From Amphiscolops sp. MND2022 (lineage: Eukaryota): a DNA stretch of 64,000 bases. The translations under genes were made by a program, and so were the position numbers. The stretch spans positions 68,884,001-68,948,000 of the forward strand of contig OZ076409.1 in the NCBI GenBank assembly GCA_964187785.1, given 5' to 3'. The number at the start of each line of letters is the position of its first letter. Position 1 is the first letter of the stretch. Shown here in pieces: positions 38,240 to 50,259 of this stretch. A model generated the notes under the pieces. It saw nothing but the letters and a program-made list of their open reading frames with translations. It had not been told where the DNA came from and searched no databases.

Positions 38240-39693
38240 TTTTTTTTCAAGAAACCCAAGGAAGATAGGTTGACTTACATGATCTTGAAAAACTTTTGTG
38301 TGATGCCAAATGCTATAAGGCAAGTGTATCGAAACTGCTTTCATTTCCAATGTGTAAAAACAAAGAAGTAAGCGATGGATTCCCTCGTCGAATTCGCCGC
38401 GAAGCTTTACAGGCACCTTCAAAAAATGCCGACTAATTTCTTTTATAAAACATGGAAAATTCAGGGACAGTCGCAGGCTGCCGCCTGCGATGGCAAAATT
38501 TACACGATACACCACACCAGGCCGATTGCTTTACCCGGAACACTGCCTTTGTAAAACCTGAAAATTTTGAAGCCTTGATATAATTTTGTATTTATAATAT
38601 TGTTTGATGCATTTATGTATAATTGTTTACCATGTAAAATAATATTTGACAGGAAGCTATACTGACAGGCAGAAAGGAAACCCGTTCAAATGCCTGCCTG
38701 TCCAGTATAGCTAACGTGGCCGTCACTGGCTAATCAGCCAATCACAGAGCAGTTGGTATTAAATGCTTATTTATCAATTAAATAGCTGTGCTCGGAAATT
38801 TACTCGGAAGGGACGAGTAAGGCCACGCGGACTAGCCGGTCTTACTTGCCAATTCAGTTTAGTCGATGCTAGCTATCTGTTGAAAGGCGCTCTACCCATT
38901 TACAAGACCTTTTATTGATGAAATACCAGTGAAGGTGTTAATAGCGCAAAAACACTCCTTTTCTGGGTGTGAAAATGAGAAACGCCTTGTAAGGCTACAT
39001 GGACGGAGTGACCTAATCTGAAATGCATGTAGTGTTAACATTAACCACTTACAACCGCGGCACACCTTTGATCTCGCCGCCCCCATAGGCCCTTGTGACA
39101 GCATTTCCTAAATTTTCAATGAAGTAGTGTTGCTATTTATAGATTGTTGCTATTTTTAGTAACATGACCGTTACAAAATTGAGTGTCATGCTAATTTGGG
39201 TAAAATACTTGGACCGGAAAATCGACAGGGACAGAAAAAATTGAATTATACTACAATACAAGTTGCTTTTGTTGAAGCGTTTGTTTTATAATCTGAATTT
39301 GCAAAACTTAGTTACAGGGACAATTTAAATATTTCCTCTTGTGCAAGTATTCATGCCTTCGACCAGGAGATAAAAGGCCAAGTGTAGAAAGTCGTGAGAA
39401 ATGGACATACTGTCCGAGTACGGTAACATGGACGTCATTATAGGTGGAGTTAATTCGAACTCTATCTAGAGAGAATTAAATAGCATAATTAACGGTCTTG
39501 AAGGGCATCAGAACACGCAGTCTCTGCCTAATAGTGAAAGTTCGTCTCAGAAAAATGAGATCGGAGATAATGAAGACAGAAAGGGGTCAGTCACTTTCCT
39601 ATTCTATCAATATATTGTCTGGAGAAATGAATGCCAGATTTTGTCGAGAAATGGATTCGATGATGGTCCTGATACAGTCTCAGATCAATAGGG
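38240..39693 (+). mobile_element. Decayed relative of element A (ORF3 end, LTR-like region and gag N-terminus)
   Basis: SQAAACDG...GTLPL* at 38468-38554; MPSTRR*KAKCRKS*EMDILSEYGNMDVIIG from 39353 and INILSGEMNARFCREMDSMM, both matching element A Gag; shared motif CGAGTAAGGCC. Left boundary uncertain. Confidence 0.75.
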
Positions 39694-40374
39694 GAGTTTG
39701 CCTTTGAACTGTGTACGTCCCTAATAGAGGATGGCATTGGTTATGCTTGGAAGAACAAAAATACAAAAATTAGAGCGAAGTATTAAAGGTCCGCTTGTGA
39801 TCTTAGATAAGATACGGGCTTAATTCCTTACAGGGACCATGCATGGAAACGTTTTGTAGGATTACTATGCAGCTTTCACTATTTGAGTTTAAACTGAAAC
39901 TATTTCCCCTTCTTCACCACTGCGATTACTTTGTTTTCACGCATAAGTTTCACAAGTAAGTACCTTATATAAACATTGTTAGTCAAATAGCACGTTGAAT
40001 TTAACGCTACTTTGAAACTAATAATGTGACTGAAATTTGATTGCATTGAAACCACGGTAAAGTTGATGAAGGTTTCAGCTGCTTTCCAATTTAGAACGCG
40101 TCTGTTTGAAACCTGCGTCTCTTATTATAACTATATTGACATCCATAAGTATAGAAAAAGTACAGAGTACGCCACACTATTTTGCAGTAGGCTTTGTAAT
40201 TCGTAATGTTTTTCGAATGAAAAATTGCTAACATCCGAAATGATTAGAATTAAATGCCATTTTAAAAACATCTATGTCTTTAGTAGGAAGACTTCGTGGA
40301 ATTTTAGTGATGATTTTAAAAACTTCTAATTCACATTAATCAAACTCAAGACTCACTGCTTTGCGTCCTCGTGA

Positions 40375-41059
40375 TTTTTTAGTCGGCGCTTCATGAAGTG
40401 AAACGCGACTATTATAGTGACTCTTTTTTTTCGATCCACACGAACTGACCAAAATAGTTCTTAAAAGTTCTACAAAAAATTATGGTGTCAAATTGCACCA
40501 TTTGGCCTAGCGAACTGGACCAAAATGATTTTACCTGTTTTTCCGCGTAACATACCATACCGGGCGAGACCAAAGAGTCCCCCCTTTCAATTTTTTTTCG
40601 GCACTGCGAGACATTTTTTTCCGGATTTTTTTTCGAAGTTTTTTTTCCCTCAAAGGGTCCCCCTGCATTTTTTGATGTTTTGCGACAGAATGGGTGTTAG
40701 AAAATCCCAAAGGGTTCCTCCTTTCAGTTTTTTTCGGCATTGTGAGATTTTTTCCCGAAAATAATAAAAAAATTTTCTTCAATTTTTTCATGTTTTGCGA
40801 CAGAGTGGATGTTGAAAAACCTCAAAGGGTCCCCCTTTCAGTTTTTCGGCATTGTGAGACGTTAGCGCGCCAGGGGTTCGCGCTAGCGAGCCCCGGCGCG
40901 CCACTCGGTCCATTTTTTTAATATGTAGTTTTTTAAAAAAAAATTACGAAAAAGTTTCAATTTTCGACTACTGTAAAAGAATACTTGACACTTGGAAGTC
41001 TTTTCGCTATTTTTGAGCTTTGGATATGGCGCCGACTTGGGCCGGTCCCGACTTGTTTT
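40375..41059 (+). mobile_element. HINE-like element
   Basis: TTTTTTAGTCGGCGC start, AAAGGGTCCCCC units, GGCGCCGACTTGGGCCGGTCCCGACTTGTTTT end. Confidence 0.7.
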
Positions 41060-41269
41060 AGATACCTTCAGAAGTGAAACGCCTCAAGAGGAAAAGAAGA
41101 AAACGGCATAAATTGGCGTCTTGCTTCAGGTTCAAAATGCACGAAGTACTTTAAACATTTGAGGTGCTCACAGTAAGAAAAAAGATAACTTCTTTGGGCT
41201 TAAAAAAAGCTTTATTCTAGCTTTCAATTATCCTGAATGGCTGTTTGCATGAAACTTTTGAAATGGCTT

Positions 41270-42960
41270 AGTGCCGAAAAAAACATGAAGATACCCGAAG
41301 GGTGCTGTAAGGACTTAGATCCAAAGTGTCTCTAAGATCGAAGGCAGACCTAGAGTCCTTTTTTGTTAGATTTGCCTTTAACCCGTTTGTCTTACTGATA
41401 TCTTGATTGTAAGTGGGCATTCCGGACTCGGTACACAGTGTGACTCTGTCCAAAAGACATTGAACCGATAATGTTTTTTATCTCTGGGATCACTCTGACA
41501 TTGATGGCAAAATTGATCGCTCTACTTTTCTGCACTTGCAGGAGGTTCACGAACCAAATTATTACTTGAACCTGCGGTTCAATTTTTCTGATAACATTTT
41601 CATGGGCTCTAACTGTCTATCTGGTCTAGTGGTTTCATTTCTACTGCCAATGTTTCTAGTCTCAATTTGCTGTGAAGAAATTGGTTAGGTAAGAATGGCC
41701 ACGGTCTCACCCTGGCCGAGAAAGAGATTTATTTTTTGTTGTAACTTCCGTTCTTTATATCTTTAAATCTTTTCACCGAACATCATGTACATGTTGTTAT
41801 TGTTAGACCTCATGTCCATATCTCTAGAACGGCTATTTCGATTGGGCTTTCTGTCGTCCTAGTAGAAGGCATAATACATTGTAACAGGGGAAGAAATTAA
41901 TTATTTCTGACTTGTAAATCGACCGTTTTTACCGATGTTCTGAATATCAGAGTAGCAAATTGAATTGTGTCCCTCAAATTACCATGACATCCATAATTTA
42001 GAACCTCACAAATCTGTTATCAGATCACAAATATCTAAAAAGAGAGCGCCGTGACGACAACCTCGTTCTAAATATAGTCATCAAAGTCTATTGGAATTTG
42101 TTTATAAGTTCGACATGGGCCGCCATATGAACATTACAACAACAGTCATACTTGTCATTCAAGAAAACATATGTCTTCATGCGTATAATATCTACAAGTG
42201 GCATGATATCCTTCGTGTCCCAATATATTTTGGGGCTTTTACTGCAAACAAGAGGGTTTAAGTTTAAATATAGTTGAAATGAAGGCTCTAAGTATTGGGA
42301 ATATTGACTACATTGGTTAGAAGTACAACACGGCGCATTTACTTCATGTTAACTGAATACACAACAGTAATTTTGTAACTTGTACAGAAAACCGTACTCA
42401 GAAGTCCTAATTATCCGTCTTCGCATAGCACTTGGCCGTACTCGGCCTTTGATCTGATTAAGCACGTACATGTATTTAATCACAGCACTAATACTATGAA
42501 ACAAGTGCCTCTGTTTTGTCAATTGAAGTTTGGACCTGTGGTCCACTACGCCAATTGAGAAGAAATTTCAACATTACTAATACAGCGCTTGAAACACTAC
42601 AGCGCATCAAGGTTTTGTAATAATGTCCGGCCAAGTGCCGTCTACTGTCAGGCTGTCTATGGCGTATGGCCTTACTCGACCAATCAAATACAGCTATATT
42701 CACTGAACGCGTTAGTCAAACACTGCATAGCTAACTACTTCACTTTAACATAAAAGCCTAATCCGGCCGTTTGCCTTTTGTTTCCGTCCTGTGTTAAGCG
42801 TATGGCCGGACACGGCCTATTTAATATAGCAAATGAGTAAAGCATAAAAAATTATTGAAATACTGCAATTATGTAACGCACTTTCTGATAGGAAGGCCTA
42901 ACGCGGCTAAATAGACTAAGTTGGACAGGCAGGCAATCAAAGTGAAACAAGGCGCCTGCT
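41270..42960 (-). mobile_element. Decayed LTR/gag-like remnant related to element A
   Basis: Shares short LTR motifs with A in the same order (TGAATTGTGTCCCT at ~41961; TGGCCTTACTCG at ~42667; CCGGCCGTTTG at ~42763). Boundaries uncertain. Confidence 0.45.
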
Positions 42961-43262
42961 AAACACCCGGATATTTTCCCCCTTGTCAAAAAAACTCAGG
43001 CGGAGGCAAAATTCGAACCCAAAACCTACCGATTGATAGTAACTGAAATATTCAAGTAACTGAAATAGCGAAGTGTTCTGTAAACTTCTGTGACTTTGTT
43101 GACAAAGACAACTGATTAAAGAACTTCAAATTCCACTTTCGCCGTGTTGTATTTATGTTTTGATGCCGTGTCAGGGTATCTCTATCCTGTCACGATACTT
43201 ATCTGATCTGTAAGTAGTGGATGGAGATGGAGATTTGGCAAAATTTATAAGAAAATCGCAGC

Positions 43263-43468
43263 ACAGATCATGAGTTTCCTCCCGCTTTATTTGTGGGCGT
43301 AAAATTTAAAAAAAAACGCATCACAGATCATGATTTCCCTCCCCCATTATATGTGGGCGTAAAATAAAAAAAACGCATCACAGATCATGATTTTCCTCCC
43401 CCATTATATGTGGGCGGAAAATAACAGATCATGATTTTCCTCCCCCAATATATGTGGGCGGAAAATAA
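43263..43468. repeat. Minisatellite, 4 copies of ACAGATCATGATTTTCCTCCCCCATTATATGTGGGCG(G/T)AAAATA
   Basis: Directly visible, units 44-60 bp. Confidence 0.85.
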
Positions 43469-44053
43469 TGAAATAAGATCTAAGAGTACATGATGAAGTA
43501 CGGATTTCGATCACAGGCGGCAGCTTGGGACAGGTGCCCTTTGAGTTTGGATACTTCTTCTAACTACAAACATCAAAAACGCGAATGGGACCCTTTTTGA
43601 AATTTCAAATTTTTCGAAACAGTCGAACAGTGCTGAAATTCAACCGGCAATTAACTTGGAATCTAAATAAGCGTGATAAAAAGAAAACTAGAGGACCCAA
43701 ACTGAATGGGGGGACCTTTTGGATGATTTTGGTATTCGTCGCTATATTGGCATTCGGCACGACATGGTCGCTTACACAAGTTTAAAAAACACGACAAAAA
43801 GCCACACTAATTACTCGTTTTATTACATAAAGTGACGACTAAATATATTCATTCATATGTTTATGATGCAGATAACTCTGTCTTCTTCTCTATATTCAAA
43901 AGCATTTGCTTTATTTAGAAGTGTTACACATAAATTTACATGCTTGAGATCCTCAAAGCGTGAATTAGGCAAATTTTCATCATGGATTTATCATAAGCAA
44001 TGAGTCCATATCTAATTAAAGAAACACTTATGAGAGAAAACTAAGTATTCGAG

Positions 44054-45154
44054 TGTCGGAACGACTGTCAGTACTAGTAGTTACTGGATTCAGTCTATTC
44101 CCTTCTCCATTAACGGAGGCAAACTGGTTGGTTAGCGTGAGGACTATGTTTGTAAGGTCTCCGATTTGCCTATTTATCTCGTTAAATCTTCGGTCAATGT
44201 CGTAATTACTACTATTTTGACGTCTAGTTAAAACGTCATCAGAGTCAAGGTCTACCATTTGTTCTCTAGACAAGAGTTCAGGGAAGCTGGTTTCACTTTC
44301 ATTATCACTAGTTCTATCCATGTTCTCAGTATCAATCTGTCTATTTCGACTACTTTGAGATCTGGTGATTACCATGAAAAGTCTGAAGTTTTAAGTTGAA
44401 TTGAAGTATTTTAATGTTATAACAACTATTGATGACTGGTAAGCAAGGTAGTAAGCAACCGGTTATATCAATGGTCACAATTCGTTAATGAGTTCGGTTT
44501 TACCCGACCGTGTCACTATCAAGGTGTGTTAGCACCTTTTCTCTTTCAGCCAATAACATTCGACTTGCTAATTACTATTTAATTGCACTTGACGACTGGT
44601 GGTTCCAGTCATGACGGGTGATGATCGGCGTTTAATTGTTCGTGTTTGATTTAGTATGACCGCAAGCACCAGTCATTTTAGCACTTAATTGTCTCAATTG
44701 CTCTTTAAACTGAGGCTTCACTACCGCGTGTTCTTATCATCATGGTGACTGATTCGATTATCGTTTGGAGGATAATTACTGCAGGACATTGTACAAATTG
44801 CTAATATGAATGAACGAAATGATTGAATATTCTGGTAATACTTTACATGTAATATAAAAAATGGATAAAGAACGGTTAAACGATGCACTATCACTGTGGA
44901 TGATGACTGATTGTTTCAGTCGTAAATATGGAAATGATTGAATATTTCAGTTTTAGCTTTTAAACGATGCACCATAACATAAACGAAATTTGGTATTGAT
45001 GACTGCTAGTTTCAGTCGTCGTATAGCCAACTGTGATATTTAGCTAATAAATTACTGCAATGTATTTACATGATGATCTATATTTTAGGGAGTTTGATGT
45101 AAGAACTAATGTTTTAGAGTTTATTTCATTTCTTCATGCTTGGCGGGCATGACA
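44054..45154 (-). repeat. Element B 3' LTR
   Basis: No differences from 58153-59253 seen by eye; preceded by PPT on the minus strand. Confidence 0.95.
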
Positions 45155-45168
45155 TTCCCCCCCTTTTT
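45155..45168 (-). promoter_or_regulatory. Polypurine tract of element B
   Basis: AAAAAGGGGGGGAA directly 5' of the 3' LTR TGTCATG. Confidence 0.9.
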
Positions 45169-45980
45169 GAGAGAGAGTGAGCTGTAGGGGTAGTAGGAAA
45201 GGTGAATGACTGAGGTGAGTGGTAGCAGGTGGTTAAGTTGAGAATTGAACAGCGGCTGAAGTGGCAATGCAAGGTAGATGGAAAACGCGTGGGTTGCAAA
45301 TGAAGCGGTTGAGAGCTATTCGGAAGCGTGAATGGCCAAGTCGAGGCAGGCAAATAATATGCAGTCGGAAGTTGGGGTTTATTTATAGTAACTGTCGGTC
45401 AGCCACGTCATCCGTGTGGTGCGCATATAGTGGAATGTTTGTTTAAGCAACTTTTCATCGATCATCGGCAGTTGATTGATTTGTTGCGTTACCATAGTGA
45501 AAGTCAGTTGAGTATTGTTGTTATATTTGGAGAGAATTTGAGCCTGTTCAAACTTGAAATCATTCACCTTCGTTTGGCAACCGTTGGTTTTGCTCATTCT
45601 TCCACAATAATATCAATATTGCTATCTATGGGTTTTTGCCAGGAAGTCTGGTATTTTGTCGGGTGTTGATTGTACTTTTATGAAGAGGGAATGGGGAAGG
45701 ATACTAGGCTTTTTTGGTGAGGAACCACGACTGCTTTTTTTCTGCTTCGTGTGAATAGCATTTGAAATTTGACGGAGGTAGATCCAAAATATGGTTCCTT
45801 GAATATCCAGTGGTACGCGGGTAAAACTGTTTGATAGGGAGGTTGGGTATCCATTGTGTATTGAGATAGGTGATCAGTCTATAACAACAAGAAATGGAAG
45901 AATGAGCTTTTGCAGTCGTGTCCTGTGTGCCTGTTATTATTCCCTTGGAACGTTGGAGTTTAATTATATTGTGAGCCAGC

Positions 45981-47164
45981 ATGTTGGAAGATGAGGCAAA
46001 TCAGTCGTTCGGGCCCGAATTGGAGGAGATGGTTACTGAAGTTGAAGATCAGATGGCCATGCAGGGGGCTGAGCTAGGTGGAGGCGGGCTGAATTTGCCC
46101 GATCTTATGTTGGAGACAAGTCAATGTTGCCAGTTTGCAACTCGCGTATCATCATTAAACATTGCTGGTTTGGGCGATTTATTGGACGTCGTCTTGTCCC
46201 AGGAATTCGGTAAGTGTGGCTCTCGTATTTTGCTTTTAGTGTGAGTAAGCGGTAATATCATCAGTTTGTCGTCTGCCCAAGATAGTGCCTGTAGTGTTAG
46301 GGAGTGTTTGGTCATAATCTTGTAACTAAGGGTATTGCGTTCTTGTAGCCGATGTCAACATGTCAGACGTGACCGACTATTTACGTCGGTATCGTGCTTC
46401 GGTTGCTGCTGGGACTGTTGGGAGTCCAGGAATAGATTCGGCGTCCATCCTTCATCGTCTAGATGCCTTTCTGTCATCTCATATGGGTAGGTTTATTCAC
46501 ATTTCTCTGGTATCAAAGGCTATTAGCTGTTACCCAGTTATTTGTTGTTAGCATTATAATCTAGGTTATTCGTAGGGGGGGGGCTTTTGTCCAAAGTACC
46601 AATTGCACGCCGTGTGTGGTTTGCTGTTCTATAATAAATTGATGATAGGGGTCTTCAGGCATTGAGTCCAAGGTAAGTTCTGTGAGTTGTGGATAACTTT
46701 GCAGATGCAAACATCAGAGCTGAGGTCGTCGAGGGGCAATTCGCTGAATTGTTCCGTCGTGTGGAGAAAGAGATACAGCATTGGGTGAAAGCTGCAGTAG
46801 AGTCCCGCCTCGGCCAACTGGGGACAGTGGGTGCCCTTGCTGTGGAGGAGTTCTTAAGTAAGCTGAAAGAGGCAATACAAGATCTGCGTCAAGCTCCCGT
46901 TGCTTCCCGGAGTGATGATGTGCCATCTCTCCCACGTTCTGTGGCCGGAAGCCTCTTTGGTGGAGAAGATCGTCGTGCGCCATCAGAGTCGGGTGTTCCC
47001 TCTGAGTTTGGTGAGAGAAGTGTTGTGCCTTCTGGGGGGACATCGTGTGCTGTTGCCTCCGCATCAAAGCCTGGTAAGAACTCTCAAAAGATCATGTGGG
47101 GGGTTTTAGTGGTAGGGTAGGACTAATTATATACAACATACTACTAATAGTTGGTGACAAACGC

Positions 47165-47195
<31 letters not shown>

Positions 47196-50100
47196 GAAGT
47201 TTTACGTGTGGTGTTGTGTGTTTTAGCAGGTCGGAAGCGTGCTGTTAAGACTCTCAAGCCTTCGTTTTTTGTGTCTGGGGTAGTGGGGACCTTCGTTGGT
47301 TTCCCCCGGAACAAACGGGTGGTCGATGGTTATGCAAGATGTCGTCTGTGCCGCGTCGATCTCAGTATTGCCGGACGTGGTCTGCACAACTTGTGGGACC
47401 ATTGGAAGGGACGTGAGCACACCCGGCTTGAGCAGCGTTTTCGGATCATGTCCAATATGCCTTTGTTGGACAAGTCCTGCAGGCCTGTGTCCTTGGAGGA
47501 GGATAGGAGGATTCGCGCCGCGAGAGTATCAGAGCCGCCTGTCATCCTAGAATCTGATGTGAAACTGACAGTGGAGGAGAGAATGGCGATAGAGCGCGAG
47601 GAGGAGGCTGCAGGAGCTAAGCCCGAGTTATCGGAGTCTAGTGCTTCGTACCTCTGGCTCTGTTGTTTCATAAGCAATTTCGTCGAGCTTCAAACGTTTC
47701 CGAGTGTGGTCCGAGCCATGGAGTCATGGGTCAGCAGTATGCGGGGAGAGCTGGTGTTCGCTGAGAGGGCGCTATCTTACCCGAAATGTCAGGTAATACC
47801 TTTTTTATCATTTTGTCTTTTTTTTTTTTTTTGTTTGAAGTTGCTATTGGTATGCCTGTGTCTCGTGGTGTTTGTACGTAGTTGGATAATGGGTTTGTCT
47901 TATTTTGAACAAAATATGCTTTACTATGTGGTGAGTGACATGGTTTTCGTTTTGTTGCAGAGTCTCGTGTTATACGGTCTCTATCCGTTCGTTGTCGAGA
48001 AAGTCAGTGATCTTCTCTCTTCTGGGGTGCGGTTTGGCTTACATGTCCGCACTGATGGGCCATTGAAGCGTGTGGACTGTCACATCTTCGCCTCTGTGAC
48101 TATCAAGGTTGTGGTTCTGGTTGCGATTCCTGGTGGCGCTGAGTGGGAACAAACCCTGCTGAGGATTCTTGTCTCCGTTCTGGCTTGTGTGGAGTCGCAT
48201 GCTGGTTTATGTGCGATTAGCGTAGGCGAGAATCTGCGTCTTGGGCGGGCATTGGCGAGCATTGCACATCCGATCATGCCTGTAGTGACTCGTCGTCTGG
48301 ATGTGGTCTGGTTGAGGGACTTGCTTCGCCGTACTTTCCTGCAGCACTTGAGTGGACTTGAACCCTTCTGCGTTTTGGAATATTTTCGGTTCCGGCTTTC
48401 TGCAGTCATCGGAGAGTCATCCTTCGACAATATGCCCAGACTTCGAGAGGTAATTCAAGCAGTATTTAGTCATTCTGGTTGGGGGTGGGTTGGTCTGGTG
48501 TGTATGTGTTTTCCTCGTTTGTGATGACTGGTACGCTTGGGTGTGGAGGCTTTTAGTCATGCACTGTATATAATTTTATGCTGTTTTGTTTTAGTTCGTT
48601 CGTGGTGGTGCTGCATGTTTCCGGGAGTTAGCAGTTCTGTGCACGGAAATTGTGGATCGGTGGGACGATCTCGGGGCATACTTTGGTGGTCACCGTTCGC
48701 AGACAGTTTCTGAGACCCGCAATATTGCAAGTATGGAGACGCAGGTCTTCAGTGATGCCATGTCCAGGCCGCGGTTCGCAGTGTTGAAGTTTCTCGCTGA
48801 GACAGGTCAGTATAAATGCTGTGCTTATTTCTGTGTCCGAGTACATCCACTCTATGGTTATTTTTCCTTTCTGCTATGTGGTTGATGAGTGGATTGTGAG
48901 GGAGTTAGGACGTTCGGGCTGGTAGGGTGTGTTGTTGAGTGTTTCAACATGTTGGTCAGGGATCATCTGTATGTTTCAGTTGTTGCCAAGTGTCCCCGTT
49001 TGTGTTCTGCTGGGCGGGATCGGAACCTATGGTTTGAGCGTGAGCTGGCTGCTTTCCTTCGGGAGTTATTGTCTCTAGTGGTCGAGTCTGCAACAATACC
49101 ACCCGATTTCGAGGTACTTGCCGTACTGAAGATGCGACTGGGAGAGAGTGAGCCAGTGAACAAAGCCCGATTTGAAGTGTTGTTTGGTCAGTACTTCCGG
49201 TTCGACGTTGTCAGTCAAAAGTCGTTCTTCTACAAAGAAGTACAAAATTTCCTGAGGGCTATCTGTGAAATGTGCATCTGCGACTATGATCAGGGGTGGG
49301 TGAAGCATCTGAGCTTATTGCCGTTGGATCCTCATGCGATTCAGCTGATGTCCATGGATCGATTGACGGACATACTCGTGGGTACGCTCTCGGTGTTAAG
49401 CTTCGGTGATCTTTGCAGTGGAGACCAGGGGGCCATCGTCATTCAACAATATCGGGAAGTGGTCACCTATTTTCAGCGCCGTTGGGAGTCCAGTGTCTCG
49501 GGGGTGCCGGTCATTGACGACGCCGTGTCCTTGTGGTTGTCATACCCTTCGTGGGACCGGTGCCAGGAATTCCAGGGCATAATGGAGATTCTGTTTGTGG
49601 GGATGCTTCATGACCCATATGTCGCCAATTTCCAGGATGTGGGAAACACTGCTCTTAGTGATGGCATCATGTTGTCCAGTCTTCACATAGTTCGGAGCTG
49701 GATGTCAAGTGGGTTTAGTGGGCATTCACGCCGCTCTATGATTGGATTTGTCAGGCACTGCAATAATACTGACATGCAGGTTTCTCGTCTGTCCGATGTA
49801 GCAAGGGCTATTCCCTGGGACCAGCTGGTCAAGAGGGGTATTGATGAACTACTGGATCGCTGCCTGGGTGTTCTGGAATCGACTGGTGGTCTCCCAGCTC
49901 GTCCTGTTGTCGACAATTATAGGTCTATAGTGTGTGATCAGTTGCGCACAATGGATTCGAGCCCAATTGCTCTTCATCGGAGTCCTGGGCGAGCAAGGCT
50001 TTCTGTGTCGCAAGCGCCTAAGTTGCAGGCTGAAGTCGTGTTACCAACAGAGGGCCCGAGTACTTCAGCTTCAAAACGTAAATCTGCCTGTAAGACGTCT

Positions 50101-50259
50101 GGAAGCAATCGTGGTCAGAGAACGGGAGGGAAACCAGGCAAGAAAGGAAAACGTACATTAGCTACTGTTGAAACTGAACCTGAGTCGGCTGGCGGGCGTT
50201 CTTTCACGTTAGAGGAGAGCAGTGATGAGGAAGATGGTAGTCGTTCCAAAGAGTATTAG
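45981..50259 (+). CDS. Antisense 7-exon accessory gene of element B, ~1092 aa: BED-type zinc finger plus inactive hAT-transposase-like protein
   Basis: Predicted exons 45981-46209, 46349-46486, 46705-47073, 47230-47792, 47961-48449, 48595-48805, 48980-50259. All introns GT-AG with T-rich acceptors and compatible phases; total 3279 nt, no internal stop. Motifs CRLC-x16-H-x5-H, RWDDLGAYF, LPLDP; basic NLS-like tail (KPGKKGKR). Confidence 0.8.

Noticed and set aside
43263..43468. CRISPR-like array
   Set aside because: Units are contiguous without unique spacers; eukaryotic context with no cas genes.
47151..48524. 457-aa ORF as a single membrane or env-like protein
   Set aside because: The hydrophobic poly-Phe/Val stretches are read-through of T-rich introns (47074-47229, 47793-47960), and the ORF is antisense to gag-pol.
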